Source: an uncultured Planctomycetota bacterium (GTDB taxonomy: Bacteria; Planctomycetota; Planctomycetia; Isosphaerales; Isosphaeraceae). Taken from it: a stretch of 64,000 nt of DNA. Under the pieces are notes generated by a model. That model had not been told where the DNA came from. It did not search any database and saw only the letters and a program-made list of their open reading frames with translations. Shown in pieces: positions 37,414-49,800 of the stretch. The position numbers were made by a program, and so were the translations under genes. The stretch is taken from NCBI GenBank assembly GCA_963845755.1, contig CAWJTV010000042.1:342997-406996 (forward strand). The letters run 5' to 3'. Position 1 is the stretch's first letter. The number at the start of each line of letters is the position of its first letter.

Positions 37414-39827
37414 TCAAGGTTTCGAGGATGGTAAGGGTGTCCTCGTGACGACCTTGTATTGGTTGACCCCTTCGGTGATCTCGATCGCCTGGTCGGAGGC
37501 GATGTTCCGGAAGGTCTGGGTCGTCTTGCTGGCTGGCCAGGTGACGGTGAGCCGGTCGACAGACTTCGCATCGAGCAATCCGATCGACTCGACGAGGCTG
37601 TTGCCGCCGAAGCTCCCATTATTGCCGATCACGCGGTGGATCGATCGCGAGCCACCGGAGCCCGCCAGGTCGGCCTGGAGCTTGGCGCCGACGCCGCCCG
37701 ATTGGTCTTGGTACCGACCAGTTTGACCTTCAGCCAGTGGTGCCCGTGGCCGGGGTTCTGGAACAGCGCGTTATAACCGCGGTCGCCGGGGTATCCGCCG
37801 CCGAGGACGACGAAGAGGTCGAGGTCACCGTCGTCGTCATAGTCGGCGAAGGAGACGCCGTGCCCCTTTTGCAGGTGGCCGGTCCCGGTCGAGTCGGTCA
37901 CATCTTCGAAGCGGCCATCGACGTTCGCGTACATCAGGTCCGGGACGAGGCCCGACAGGCTCATCCAGCCCGTGCCGAGATGGAGGTCGAGGTCCCCGTC
38001 GTTGTCGAGATCGCCCGCGTTCAGGGACATGACCGGCATCGGCCGGGCGAGCCCGGCCTTCCGGCTCACTTCGCGGAACCCATCGGGACCGAGATTGTGA
38101 TAAAGGTGGGCGTGATCCTCCGAGTGGACGGGCAGGCCGAGGTAATCGGCCACGACCTCGCCGAGGTTGCTGCTGTAGTCGCCGACGAGGATATCGAGCC
38201 GGCCATCGCTGTCGTAGTCCCAGAACGTGCAGGTGAAGCCGTGGGGCGGCCCGACGACGTCCAGCTCGGGGGCCACGTCGAGGAACGTGCCGTCGCCGCG
38301 GTTGCGATAGAGTCGCGCGGGGCCTTCCATGTTCGAGACGAACAAGTCGAGCCGGCCGTCGTTGTCGTAGTCGCCCCAGGACGATCCTTTCGCCCATCGA
38401 TCGTTCTGGACGCCGGCCTGGGCGGCGACGTCGACAAAGGTCCCGTCCCCGCGGTTGTGGTACAGTCGGCTATGATTCCGAGGGTCGGGTTGGGACGAGT
38501 GCGCCTCGCCCGAGTCCGGGCGGAGCCGATACTCACCGCAGACGAACAGGTCGAGCTTGCCGTCGTCGTCGTAATCACCCCAGGCGGCCGCCTCGGTGGC
38601 AATCGGCTCGCCCAGCCCGCTGGCGACGGTCACGTCCTCGAAAACCCCACTCCCCTTGTTCCGCAAGAGCGACAATCGAGCGGGTTTCTCCCAGCCGCCG
38701 CGGAGCAGCAGGACATCGAGCCAACCGTCATTGTCGTAGTCGGCGCGGGTGACGTTCAAGGCATAGACTTGGTCGTTCAGCCCGGCCGCTTCCGTACGGT
38801 CCTCGAACCGGCCATCACCGCGATTGACATAGAGCGTGGCGCCGTGGACGACATCAAAAGAGGACGTGAAGATATCGGGGCGTCCGTCGCCGGTGAAGTC
38901 GTCGAACACGGAGCCGCCGGCCAGGTCGGGCCCGCGTGTGAGCAGGCCGACGCGCAGCGCCACGTTCTCGAATCGCCCCAGGTCGCGCTTCGAATGGAAC
39001 GGGGCCACCGGGATACGGTACTGCGCCGGGACGTTCTCGGGATAATCGCCGAGCGTCATCGCGGCGATGTTCAGCAGCCAGCGGACCCGCAGGTCGCCGG
39101 GCCACTCCTCCAGATACTTCGAGAACCATCCGACCGCTTCGCGCGAGCCCGACGGCTTTGTGTGGACCGCCTCGCGTGCGATCGGGAAGATGCAACTCGA
39201 AGGGCCGACGCAGCCGATGCAATTATCCTGCTCCCCCCGCCGCAGCGCGTTGATGCCCAGCAAGGCCATCATGTGCGCCCGGACCATCGTCGGCACACCC
39301 GGCGTCCGAGCGATCTCCAGGGATCGCTCCAGCCAGGACGTCGCCTCGTCATGGTTACCCTCATAGAGGGCGACGAACGCGAGTTGACGATAGACCCAGA
39401 GTGCCTGCATTGCCTCGTCTTGCGACGGCGATCGGCCGAGGTGGAGGCCCTCCAGCGACTGCCGGAGCTGCGACTTGGCCCGTTCAGCTCGCTGCGCGAT
39501 CGCATCGCGGTATTCGCGCAGCGAGCTCTCGTCCCGGACCTTGTCGGTGAATTGTGCGGTTGCGGCCAGGATGAGCGAGTCGAACGCTTGCGGGTCAACG
39601 AACACCCGGTCCGACGAACCGGGCGGCGCGGTCGGGTCCGGAAAAGTGGCGAGTGTCGGACTCGGGTACGGCTGCGCCTCCATCGCCGGGGAGACCGCTC
39701 GAGAAGCCGGGGCGCCGGCGTCCGATCCTCCGGCCTCATCCGCTCGCAGCAGCCAGTACGCCAACCCGCCCACGACCGCAACGCACCCTAACCCCGTGAG
39801 GATCAACCGCGGGAAGGACCGCATCAT
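37414..39827 (-). CDS. CRTAC1/FG-GAP + ASPIC/UnbV protein (frameshift near 3' end)
   Basis: LRRGEQDNCIGCVGPSSCIFP, DYDNDGWLD repeats, GTGHLQKGHGV, NGSFGGNS...VTWP. Confidence 0.9.
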
Positions 39828-40386
39828 TCACCTCGCTCCGGAAAACCAGCAGTAAACCGTCGACTGGATTATCGCATCCCTCCAACTGTTGCGATAGGAT
39901 CCTCTCGCGTGGGCCGCCCCGAGCCATTCCCCGCGTGTCATTGGACAAGGGTCTCACGATCGCTCGGAAAATCCACGCTTCGCGGATCGCCGCACGGAGG
40001 GGATGAAAGTCGGATTTCGAGCCCGAGCTGGGCGATACGGGCGTGCCAGGGGCGGCTACCGAATCGTTCGCCCCGACTGTTCGGAACTGTTCACCCCGAC
40101 TGCCCTCGACCTCCCTGATAACAGGTGGAGGAACAGGTGGCGGCGGAAGGAACAGGGGTGTGAATATTTCTGATCACGCGCATATTGAATCATTATATTT
40201 ATATGTATAGTTATACTATCATATTAATCATTCTCTGCAAAAAAAGCCTGAACGGGGAAGTCCAACGTGTCACGGAGGCCCAAGGATCCGGACTCCCGGC
40301 CGCTACTGCCCGGTCTGTACGAACAGGTCGTTGGACCGACCCCTCGGTGTCGCTTCGAAAGACAGGTCGTTTTCGTCACCCTGCAC

Positions 40387-40457
40387 ACGAGCCCGAAGTA
40401 CCGGCGCGTGGATGGATGATCTCCACAGGAATCCACTCGCTTGCGCCTCGGGCTCGT
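40387..40457. repeat. REP-like imperfect inverted repeat
   Basis: acgagcccgaag...gtggat pairs with atccactcgcttgcgcctcgggctcgt. Confidence 0.55.
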
Positions 40458-40782
40458 ATCCTTCCGGGTGCGAGGAGAGCCTCGAGAGAACCCTTCGCGT
40501 TCACCAATCTTGGCCCATGACCGGTGATCTCACTCTCCCATGGCTCTGCAGGTGGCGGTCGCCGATTCGTCGATGATGGGAACCACGCAACTCCTGGAAC
40601 AAGGAGCGGTCGTTTCGAATCTCATGATGAAATACTTCCCAGTAAACAGTTTGATCATGCAGGGTCGTCCGTGGTATCCCGGCCCAGCTACTCGATCAAG
40701 TCGATCTGCCGGCACTCGCGCCGGACCTCTGCCGCCAGCTTGTCGGCACCAGCGGATCAGGGCCGGTCACGACGTCGGTCTC

Positions 40783-41994
40783 TCATCCCAGCAGCCGGTG
40801 CACATCCTTCAATTTGGCGGCGATGTCGATCTCCTGCAAGCAGGTCGGCAGGCAGTCGCCACAGCCGACGCAGGACGTGCCGTTCCGCGTCAAGGCGGCG
40901 TATTCCTTCCGCGCCCGGTCGAGGTCGTGATAATCCCGGGCATACCGCTCGTACCGGAAGATGTCCGAAATCCCGATGTGTTCGGGGCAACTGGAGACAC
41001 ACTGGTCGCACAACAGGCAGGTCAATCCCTTGTTGTAGCCGGACAACAGGGTGAGCGCTGCGTGGTCCTGCGAGCCCATGGCCAGGCTGGTGGCCGCGCC
41101 CGCATTCTCTCGGAACTGATCAAAATTCCTGGTCGCGATCACCGCTGCGGTGAGGCTCGGGTTGGACATCAGCCACTTGACCATCGCCGCGGCGGGGGTG
41201 CTGCCCTGGTATTTCGGATCCGCCAGAAGCTTTTTGATCCTCTCATCCTGCGCCGCACGTCCCACACCGCCCATCGTCTTCATGGCGATGGTCCCGAAGT
41301 CTTTCTTCTTCGCCACGTCGATCCATTCCTGGATCTCCTTGCGGTCGCCGTAGGTGTAGAAGAACTGGGCCGCCTCGTAGGGTTGATTGTCCGCAAGGTA
41401 GTGCAGGATTTCCCAGGCCATGTCCCCACCGATCGACTTGTAGTGATGCTGTGAGATGGCCAGGTGTTTGACCAGGCCCTCCTTCTTGAGCCGCTCGAAC
41501 GCCCGGACCATGCCTGGGTTCTGCTTCGCTTCCTCCACGGAGTGATAGCCGAAATGGAATTTGAACACGTCGTAATACCCGACGCCCGCTTCCTTCAGGC
41601 ATTTCTTGACGAACTGGTAATGCCGCTCTTCATCAATGCTGCCGCGGTTATGGTCCCCGTTCACGCGGTCCACAACACACTCGAGATAATACGACTCCCT
41701 CGGCAGACTCTTGAGGGCGGGCGGAAGCGTATTGGCGTTCCACCTCTGGGCCTTGTGCCAGTAATTGACTCCGGCGTTCACCGCCCTGGGAATGAGCTCC
41801 TTCGGCCAGTCGGACGCGCCCACGAGCCAGCCGATCTCAAGACCGGTGCGGCCGTATCGCCGCTTAGGCAGTTTGTCGGAGGCGGCCTTCTCATCCGCCA
41901 TCACCGGCAGGTTGGCGATGCTTGCCGCCGCCACACCCGTCGCCCCGAGCCGCATCACGTCCCGCCGAGAAAGGTTCTGTGCGCCATCAGACAT
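40783..41994 (-). CDS. Tat-exported aldo/keto reductase family protein with C-terminal 4Fe-4S dicluster
   Basis: SRRDVM signal, LPKRRYGRTG, IAMKT, CLLCDQCVSSCP and CVGCGDCLPTC. Confidence 0.85.
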   Translation of the reverse strand: MSDGAQNLSRRDVMRLGATGVAAASIANLPVMADEKAASDKLPKRRYGRTGLEIGWLVGASDWPKELIPRAVNAGVNYWHKAQRWNANTLPPALKSLPRESYYLECVVDRVNGDHNRGSIDEERHYQFVKKCLKEAGVGYYDVFKFHFGYHSVEEAKQNPGMVRAFERLKKEGLVKHLAISQHHYKSIGGDMAWEILHYLADNQPYEAAQFFYTYGDRKEIQEWIDVAKKKDFGTIAMKTMGGVGRAAQDERIKKLLADPKYQGSTPAAAMVKWLMSNPSLTAAVIATRNFDQFRENAGAATSLAMGSQDHAALTLLSGYNKGLTCLLCDQCVSSCPEHIGISDIFRYERYARDYHDLDRARKEYAALTRNGTSCVGCGDCLPTCLQEIDIAAKLKDVHRLLG

Positions 41995-42585
41995 AGCCGT
42001 ACTCCTCTCCTTCTGCGAATCAAACAGGGAAAGCGGCCCGGTTCCCACAATGAATTCAGTCTACAGTGCGAGCGGCGGCGGTCAACAACCAAGTCAGCGG
42101 CCAGGAGAGGGACATTCCAGAATGGCACAAGTCATACAGCGCAGGTTCCCTCGCCCGACTTTTCACGCCGCGCCGGTGCAGCACGGCCATTCGAATCGGC
42201 CAATGAGCCCTGGCCGCTTGAGGCTACGGTTCACGCTCCGGCTCCACAGAAAATGCAGGAAACTCGGGCAAAATGGGGCGTGGTATCCACGTTTGCACGG
42301 AAGTAAAGTGACATAAATCGTTTTATTGTAAGACTTTGCAGCAATGACTGCGATCGCATCCATTCCCTGCGAATCTCGATCGGAAATCCCTAACACTTTG
42401 GAAGAATGAAACTTACGTCGCTGGATTCTCGGAATCGCAGGGTTTCGGCAGGAAATGAGTCGCAAATCGTGTGAATTGTAGCTTCCCAAAGAGGGCCGGC
42501 GATTGCGCCGGAACTCGAACTATTGACGTTGGAACGACCGCCGAGTCATTTCCACAGCACCTTTGGACGCTTCGGTCGATCCGAC

Positions 42586-42812
42586 GAATGGCACGAGCTT
42601 AGGCGCAAATCGCTATTGAGATTGGTCTTGCGAACACAGCCTTTTCCTGCTCCTTGCGCTTGATTCTCGAGGTCTCCAGGTGGACCCCTACGTTTCCCGT
42701 CTAGTCTACTAATGCTCATGCGAACAAATTACTGTAATGCCCGCGGGCAATTCGCGTCATGAGGACACAAATCATTTTTCAAAAACAACTTACGCCTAAG
42801 CCGGTGCCATTC
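42586..42812. mobile_element. IS4-type MITE (227 bp), imperfect terminal IRs
   Basis: gaatggcacgagcttaggcgcaa ... ttacgcctaagccggtgccattc; flanks are hairpin arms gcttcggtc / gaccgaag. Confidence 0.75.
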
Positions 42813-42926
42813 GTGTCGTCGGACCGAAGGCGCAAGATCATGCTTGCCGCCTCAATCGCTCGGACACATTGCCCATGCAATGGAGGGTATGCGTGTCGAG
42901 GACGGAGCGGCGGCTCAAGCATTGGG

Positions 42927-45874
42927 CTAGTGCTTTGTCACAGCTTAATCTTAGGGTAGACCGACGTGAGTTTACCGCGAGCATCGTCGATCTTCATTTG
43001 CCAATCCACGCCGCGCTGGGTGCTGTTGACATCGGATGACCAAGCGCCGGTCTCCGCTCGCAGGGTGGGAACATCGCCGAAGCGGCGACCGGACACGCAC
43101 TGGCGTGTCAGGGAGCTCAGCTCATTCTCGGCGATGTTCAGCCAGCTACCGTGCTTGGGCGTGTAACAGAACTCGATGCGGCAGACCAACTGGCGCGCCC
43201 GGGCGGGTGCAAAACTCTCGTAGAATGCGCCTTTGGTGTGCGTGTTCAAGTTGTCGCACACGACGATCACGTGCTCGGCGTCGGCGTAACGGCCTTCCAT
43301 CAGTCGAGCCATCTCGATCGCCCAGTCCACCTTGGTTTTCGTCTCGCGAACGGCCACCTCGCGCCAACCCGCCAGTGGTTCGGTGAACATGAAGATGTTC
43401 GCTGTCCCGCGCGCTCGTACTCATAGTCAACGCGCCGGCCGTGTCGGCGGGTGGCGGGGATGGGCACGCGGGTCTCCTTCAGCAACTGCACCGGTTGCTC
43501 GTCCATGCCCAGCACCGGACGGGCGGGATTATAAGGTATCGCGTAGGTCTCCAGCACTTCCTCCATGTTGGCTACGAACTCGCCGTCGGCCTTGGGCGGG
43601 ATGACCCAGTACTCAAGCTTGCGGTTGGTCATGCCGTTTTTTTCTAGGCTGGCAAAGTTAGCTGGAGGCAGCGGTGCTCCAAGTCCTTGAGGTAGGCATC
43701 GGGATTGTGGCGGAACCGGCGTTGCTTCCGCCGCGATTCCCGCCGCGCCTCCAGTTCCGCGCGCAGTCCCTTCCAATCCTCAACATAGCCCGGGCTCAGC
43801 ACCAAGCCTTCGTCCGGCCGCAGCCGCGTCGCCAGCCCCGAGATCACCCGCGCCGAGCCCATCACCACCAGGCCCGGCGACCCCCGACGCCGACCGCTGG
43901 CCCGGCGCTCGTGGTAGCGATGACTGCCGAAGGTGTGCTCCAGGTCGTTATTCGTCCGCGGCAGATCCGACGACTCGTAGCAGGCAAACAAGCCCGGCCA
44001 GTAGCTCCGGGTCACCTTCACGAACTGCTTCAAACCCGCCCGCACCGTGGGCTCGTCTGTCGTCGCCACCGCCCGGCGCATTCGCGCCAGCAGTTGCACC
44101 AGCCGCCGCCGCACCTTCTTCGCCGGCAGCCCCTCCTCGTTCTTGAGGATCCGGGCAGCGCAGCTTGACCCATTGGTACGACTCGCGCACCGCCGGGAAC
44201 AGCGCGGCCGTCTCCTCCAGCCCGCGCCGCAGCAATTGCCTCAGCCGTTTCAAACCCCCGGGCAGGTCGCCCGCCTTGGCGACGACATCGTCCAAGTTGG
44301 CGGCAATCCGGCTCAATCGATCCTGCCGCTTCAGCCCGGAGGCCGAAAGCGGTGGCAGTCCGTCGTCGGTCAAGGCCCCGCGCACCGCGGCGCAGTAGTC
44401 CCGCACCACCTCCGCCTCCGCGTCCTCCGCGTCGTCCTCCAGCTCCTTCTCCGCCTGCGCGCTCGATCTTCCGGATGCCCCGCACCCGCTTCTTCAACTC
44501 CTTCTTGGCGTGGCGATCCGCCTCGTAGATCGGCTTGGCCGCCTCGCGGAGGTAGTGGAAATGGCAGAGCTGATGGGGGACACCTTTGAGGGCGATAGCC
44601 ACGGCGTTGCGGATGCTCTCCTGACCGTCGGAGACCACGCCGGTGATCGGCACCGGCAGGACCTTCCGCACCTGGTCGATCAGGCCGGCCAGGTCCTGGG
44701 CCGTGGACGACAGCAGGCTCTTGGCCAGGAGGATCTCGCCGGAGAGGCAGTCGCGCAGCACCCAGAGGACCTCGTGGCCGACATCCGGCTGCAGGCCGTC
44801 GATGGCCAGGATGACGCGGCCCTGCGGGCGCAACAGCGGACCGAGTCGCTGGGGATCGGCCGTGGCCAGGGACCGCAGCTCGTCGTAGCGGTCCAACAGG
44901 TTGGTGACGGTGCGTTCGGCCAGGATGAGCCCGCGGTGCGTGAGCTCGCGGTGGATCTCGGGGATGCTGCGGTGCTCGGCATAGCGGAGCCGGCCCACCA
45001 GGGCCATGACGTCGAGGCCGAACTCGTGATAGGGCAAGGCGAAGTGGGGCTCAGCCTCAGGGCGGTAGGGTCTCAGGAAGCGGGAGCAGGCGGGATTGGG
45101 GCAGCGTCGGATCGTCAGGGTCAGCCGGAAGACGCCGTCGAGGGTGCTGATGGTGCGAAAGTTGTTGTAGTCGGCACCGGTCCGGTGCTGGCACTCGGGG
45201 CAGTTCAAGAGGACCGGAGTGAGGGTTAAGGCGCGATCGGGTTGCGGTCGAGGTCGTCGTTTGTGGTTTGCGCATGGAAAGCCTCCTCTGCTCTGTTCTG
45301 TTCTTACGTCCATTATACCAAGCCGAGGGGCTTCCCAGCTACTTTTGCTATCCTAGTTTTTTTTAGCGTACGCCGCACGGTTTCGTAACTCACGGACTCG
45401 ACGATCCCCAACTCCACGACCTTGCGCGCGAGCAGGCGCAATGTCCAGTTGGCATAGCCCGGGGGAGGCGATCCCAGTCGCGTGGCAATGATCCGAGCTT
45501 CCTGCTCCCCGCTGAGCAACTTCTCGACCGGTGGTGTCTCACGCTTACTGCGGTCCAGCGCTTCGCCAAAGCCTCGCTCCACGAGACGCTGACGGATGTT
45601 CTCCACGCTCTTGGTTCGGCATCCGAATGCCTCGGCGATCCGCTGGTCGGTCCAGTTTGGGCCGTCCGCGTCCGCCTTGAGCAAGATCTGGGCACGCCGT
45701 ACCTTCTCGCTTGTCCCCTTCAACTTCTTGATCACGGCCGCCAACTCGGTCCGTTCCTGATCCGTCAGCCGAACGATATACTTTTTGTTCACGGGGAACC
45801 TCCTTTGTCCCCGACATCATCTTCTTTTTGGGGAAAGCCCCCAACCCTAACTTTTAGCTGTGACAGAGCACTAG
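42927..45874 (-). mobile_element. IS630-family element (orfA 45792-45357, orfB 43643-42938), interrupted by a nested IS
   Basis: IRs ctagtgctttgtcacagcttaatcttagggt / accctaacttttagctgtgacagagcactag with TA ends; HTH orfA; DEQP, DNLNTH, PKHGSWLNIAE DDE motifs. Confidence 0.92.
43644..45356 (-). mobile_element. Mutator-like (IS256/MULE superfamily, ISNCY-type) IS nested in IS630
   Basis: IRs ctaggatagcaaaagt / ctaggctggcaaagt; flanked by T7 and T8 tracts; transposase with CxxC Zn fingers, AIDG, SDGQ, CHFH, RTNNDLE. Confidence 0.85.
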
Positions 45875-46335
45875 CACACCTGGTGATTGACGACGGCCCG
45901 GAGCACGACCTGGTGTGTCGCCGGCCGGCCCGCTGGATTTTTTCATCGTTTCTTCGCGCGATCCACCTCATGGCCTTGCTGTGTGACTCCGTCCCAGCCT
46001 ATCCTGGTTGCCTCGGTGAGGGTCGTACTATAGGCCTGGCGGTGTCTCGCCCGAGCCCCCTCGCCTCGCCATCGAGGACGACCGTGGACGAGTCAATCCG
46101 AAGATCCGGCCGCCTGGTGCGGGGCGTCGCCGCAACCCTACTGCCGATGCACCCGGCCGAACGACGTCCCTTCATCAGACCGCTCATCGCGCTCATCGAA
46201 CGCATCGTGGACGGCGACACCGATTCGATGGAGGCGGCGACCCGGGCGGTGGCCGAGACATCCACATCGAATGCCGCCCGGTGATAGACTATTCGAGGGC
46301 GTACTCGGTCGTCTTTTGCTCCCTCTGCCGGTAAC

Positions 46336-46752
46336 CGCCGTGGCGGAACGGCTCCTCAAGGCGCTGCGCGAAGTCCGCCCCCGGACAGTGCGGCAGTTCT
46401 TCGCGCTGGCCAACCAGCATATGCGCTGGGAGCGGAACGACCTGGCCCGACGCTTAGATGAGCAGCCGGCCGCCGCGGTGCTGTGGGAGGGGCTCATGCC
46501 GGCGCTGGCCAGCAGCGCCTCGGGCCTGACCCCAGACTGGCGCCGCATGCTCTGGGCGATCGAAGAGCTGCCGGAGGAGGAGCGGGAGGTCTTCGACCTG
46601 GGGCGGATCCGGGGATGACGCAGGCGGAGGTCGCCCAGATGCTCGGCGTTTCGGCGGTGACGGTGAGGCGGCGGTTGAGCCGCGGCCTGCGACCCCTGGC
46701 GGAGCAACTGGCCGACCTCCGCCCGAGCGAGAAGCCGCCGGACGCGATCTAG
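46336..46752 (+). pseudogene. ECF sigma factor, 5'-truncated and frameshifted
   Basis: AVAERLLKALREVRPRTVRQFFALANQHMRWE; LPEEEREVFDL..GMTQAEVAQMLGVS..TVRRRL sigma4 HTH; no N-terminal region found. Confidence 0.7.
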
Positions 46753-46822
46753 GTGGAGACCGGCAGGGAGTGCGTTCTCTGGGTGTCGGAGTCCTGGCAC
46801 AGCCGCATCGAGGAACTCAGTC

Positions 46823-49800
46823 ATGGCTGTCGATTCGCGAGTGCTGGAGCTACTCGACGTGCTCGGCGACTCCGGGTGTACTCCGGAGCAGGTCTGCGCC
46901 GCTTGCCCCGAGCTGCTGCCCGAGGTCCGCCGGCGCTGGCTGCAGATGTGCGCCGTCAAGGCGGACCTCGATGCGTTGTTTCCGACGCCGGGGTCCGACC
47001 CCGGCCCGGGCGCCGATACCTCCGTTCCGCGGCATACGGGCGATGAACTGCCGCAGATACCGCGCTATGAGGTGGAGGCCCTCCTCGGGCGCGGGGGCAT
47101 GGGCCTGGTCTACAAGGCCCGGCACCTCCGGCTCAACCGCCTCGTCGCCCTCAAGATGCTGATCACCGGCGCCTACGCCGGGCCGCAGGAGAGGGCGCGG
47201 TTCCAGCGCGAAGCGGAGGCGGCGGCCAGCCAGCACCACGCGAACATCGTGCAGGTCCACGACGTGGGCGACCACCAGGGGTGTCCGTACTTCACCATGG
47301 AGCTGCTCGAGGGGAGCAGCCTGTCCCAGGCCCTGGCCGGCACGCCGCAGCCGGCCGCCAGGCGGCCGCGCTCGTGGCCAGGCTGGCCGAGGCCGTGCAG
47401 GTGGCGCTCCGGGGCGGGATTGTGCACCGCGACCTGAAGCCGGCCAACATCCTGCTGACGGCCGAGGGCACATCCAAGGTCGCCGATTTCGGCCTGGCGC
47501 GGGACTTTGACGGCGAGCCGGCCTTTACCCTGAGCGGTACTCGGATCGGGACTCCCAGCTACATGGCCCCAGAGCAGGTGATCGGGAAGGCGGGTACGAT
47601 CGGGCCGGCCGCGGACTTCTACGCGCTCGGCGCCCTCCTCTATGAACTGCTCACCGGAAGGCCGTCGTTCCGAGGCGAGACGGCGTCCGAAACCGAGCGG
47701 CAGGTCCTCAATCACGAGCCGGTATCCCCCGCGCGATTGAACCCGAAAGTGCCGCGCGACCTGGAGACGATCTGTTTGAAGTGCCTGTCCAAGGAGCCGC
47801 AGCGTCGCTACGCCAGCGCCGCGGCGCTGGCCGACGACCTGACGCGCTTCATAGAGGGGCGGCCGATCCAGGCCCGGCCTCTGGGCTGGGGAGGGCGGTT
47901 GTGGCGCTGGGGCCGACGCAAGCCGACGACGGCGGGGTTGCAGGCGGCGCTTCTGGCCTTTTTCATCCTCACGGTCGGCGGCAGGCTGTGGTTGGAGCGA
48001 CAGCAGGCCGAGCGGCAGGGCGGGCGCGGGAGGCAGTCGAGACGGCGTTGGCCAAGGTCCCGGGCCTTCGGCAGCAGGGCCGCTGACCGGAGGCGAGGCC
48101 ATCCTCGCGCAGGCCAGGAGCCGTCTGGACGAGGCCGGCTCGGACGACCTGCGGCGGCGGCTGGTCCAGGCGGACGAGGACCTGCGGCTGGCGGCGGCGC
48201 TGGAGCGGATCCGGCTGACCCCGTCGATCGAGGCCAGCCGCTTCGACTACCGGGGCATGGCCGACGCCTACGCGCGCACCTTCGAGGACGCGGGCCTGGA
48301 CGTCCGGGGGGAAGAGGGGGCCGTGGCCGGCCGGATCGGTGCCTCCGAGCTGCGGCCGCAACTGGTGATGGCCCTGGACCATTGGGCTTCTGTGGCCGAC
48401 GCGCTCGAGGACCGGCCGTGGATGGCACGGCTGCTGCGCCTGGCTCGCGCGCCGACGCGGACCCCCAATGGGGCGACCGCTTCCGCGATCCGGCGCTGTG
48501 GGAGGACGACGAGGCGCTCCGGCGCCTGGCAGGAGAGGCGGAGCAGCGGCTGGCCGGAGCGGCAGCCGAGAGCGGGCCGCCGACCCCGCTTGTGACGCTG
48601 CTGGCGAAGAGACTCGGGCAGCAGGACAGGCAGGCCGAGCCTTTGCTGCGGGCGGCCCAGGGGCGGCGCCGGAGGACTTCTGGCTCAACTACGCCCTGGG
48701 CGAGGCCCTGCGGGAGCGGAAGCCGGCGGAGGCAGTGGGCTTCTACCGGGCCGCCCTGAAGACGCGGCCAACGGTGGCTGCGGTCCACCTCGAAGTCGGC
48801 GCCGCCCTGGGGCGCCTGGGACAAGGGGACGAGGCGTTCCGGCCCTGCCGCAAGGCCGTCGAACTCGAGCCAATGCAGGGGCCAGTACCACTATTTCCTC
48901 GGCCTGTTCTTGCAGGACCAGGGCCGGCTCGACGAGGCGATGGCCGAATTCCGCCGCGCCATCGAGCTCGAATCCAAGGCGGGCCTGTGGCACGAGAGCC
49001 TGGCCGAGGCGCTGCTCCAGAGCGGCCGCTTCGCCGAGGCCCGCACGGTCGTCCGTCGCGGCCGCGACGCGGTCCTGACCGAGGAGTCTGGCCGACCGGC
49101 CTTGTGGGAGAAGTTGAATCTGTGCGAGCGAATGCTCGCCCTCGACACCCGCCTGCAGGCGCTCCTCCAGGGGAAGGAGCGGCCCGCCGCGCCCGAACTA
49201 CTGGAGTTGGCCCGCTTGTGCCTGGAATACGGCCGGCCGCACGCCGCAGCCGGCCTGTACGCCGCGGCCTTCGCCGCCCGACCGGACCTGGCCGACGACC
49301 TGGGCAGCGGCCACCGCTATGCCGCCGCCCGGGCCACCAACCTGGGCTCCGACGAGTCGCGGCTCGGCGAGCCGGAGCGCGCCGGCCTGCGCCGGCCGGC
49401 GCTGGATTGGCTGCGGGCCGACCTGGACCTGGGGGCTAAACTGCTGCGAGACGGCAGGTCGCCGGCTGGAGGTTCACGACCTGGCGGACGGAGGCCGACC
49501 TGGCCAGCGTCCGGGACCAGGCGGTGCTGGCGAATTTGCCCGACGCCGAGCGCCAGCAGTGGCGGCGCCTCTGGGCGGATCTGGAGGCATCTCTGGCCAC
49601 CGACCCCCTGGGGCAAGGCCGCGCGTCCGCCGCCCACCGGGACTGGGCCCAGGCCGCCGACGGCTTCGCGCGGGCCATCGAGCGCGGCCCGAGAAACGAC
49701 TGTCACGTCTGGTTCGAGTACGCCGCCCTGTTGTTGCTCACCTGCGATCGCCCGGGCTACGCCCGGGCCTGCGCCCACATGATCGAGGCGTGTGGCAAGG

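Noticed and set aside
40153..40383. Possible MITE with CAGGG ends around an AT-rich block
   Set aside because: The IR match is weak and there is no target duplication.
42120..42192. Tiny degenerate IS4-type MITE (GAATGGCAC...GGCCATTC)
   Set aside because: Only about 7 bp of IR, with no duplication or hairpin flanks.
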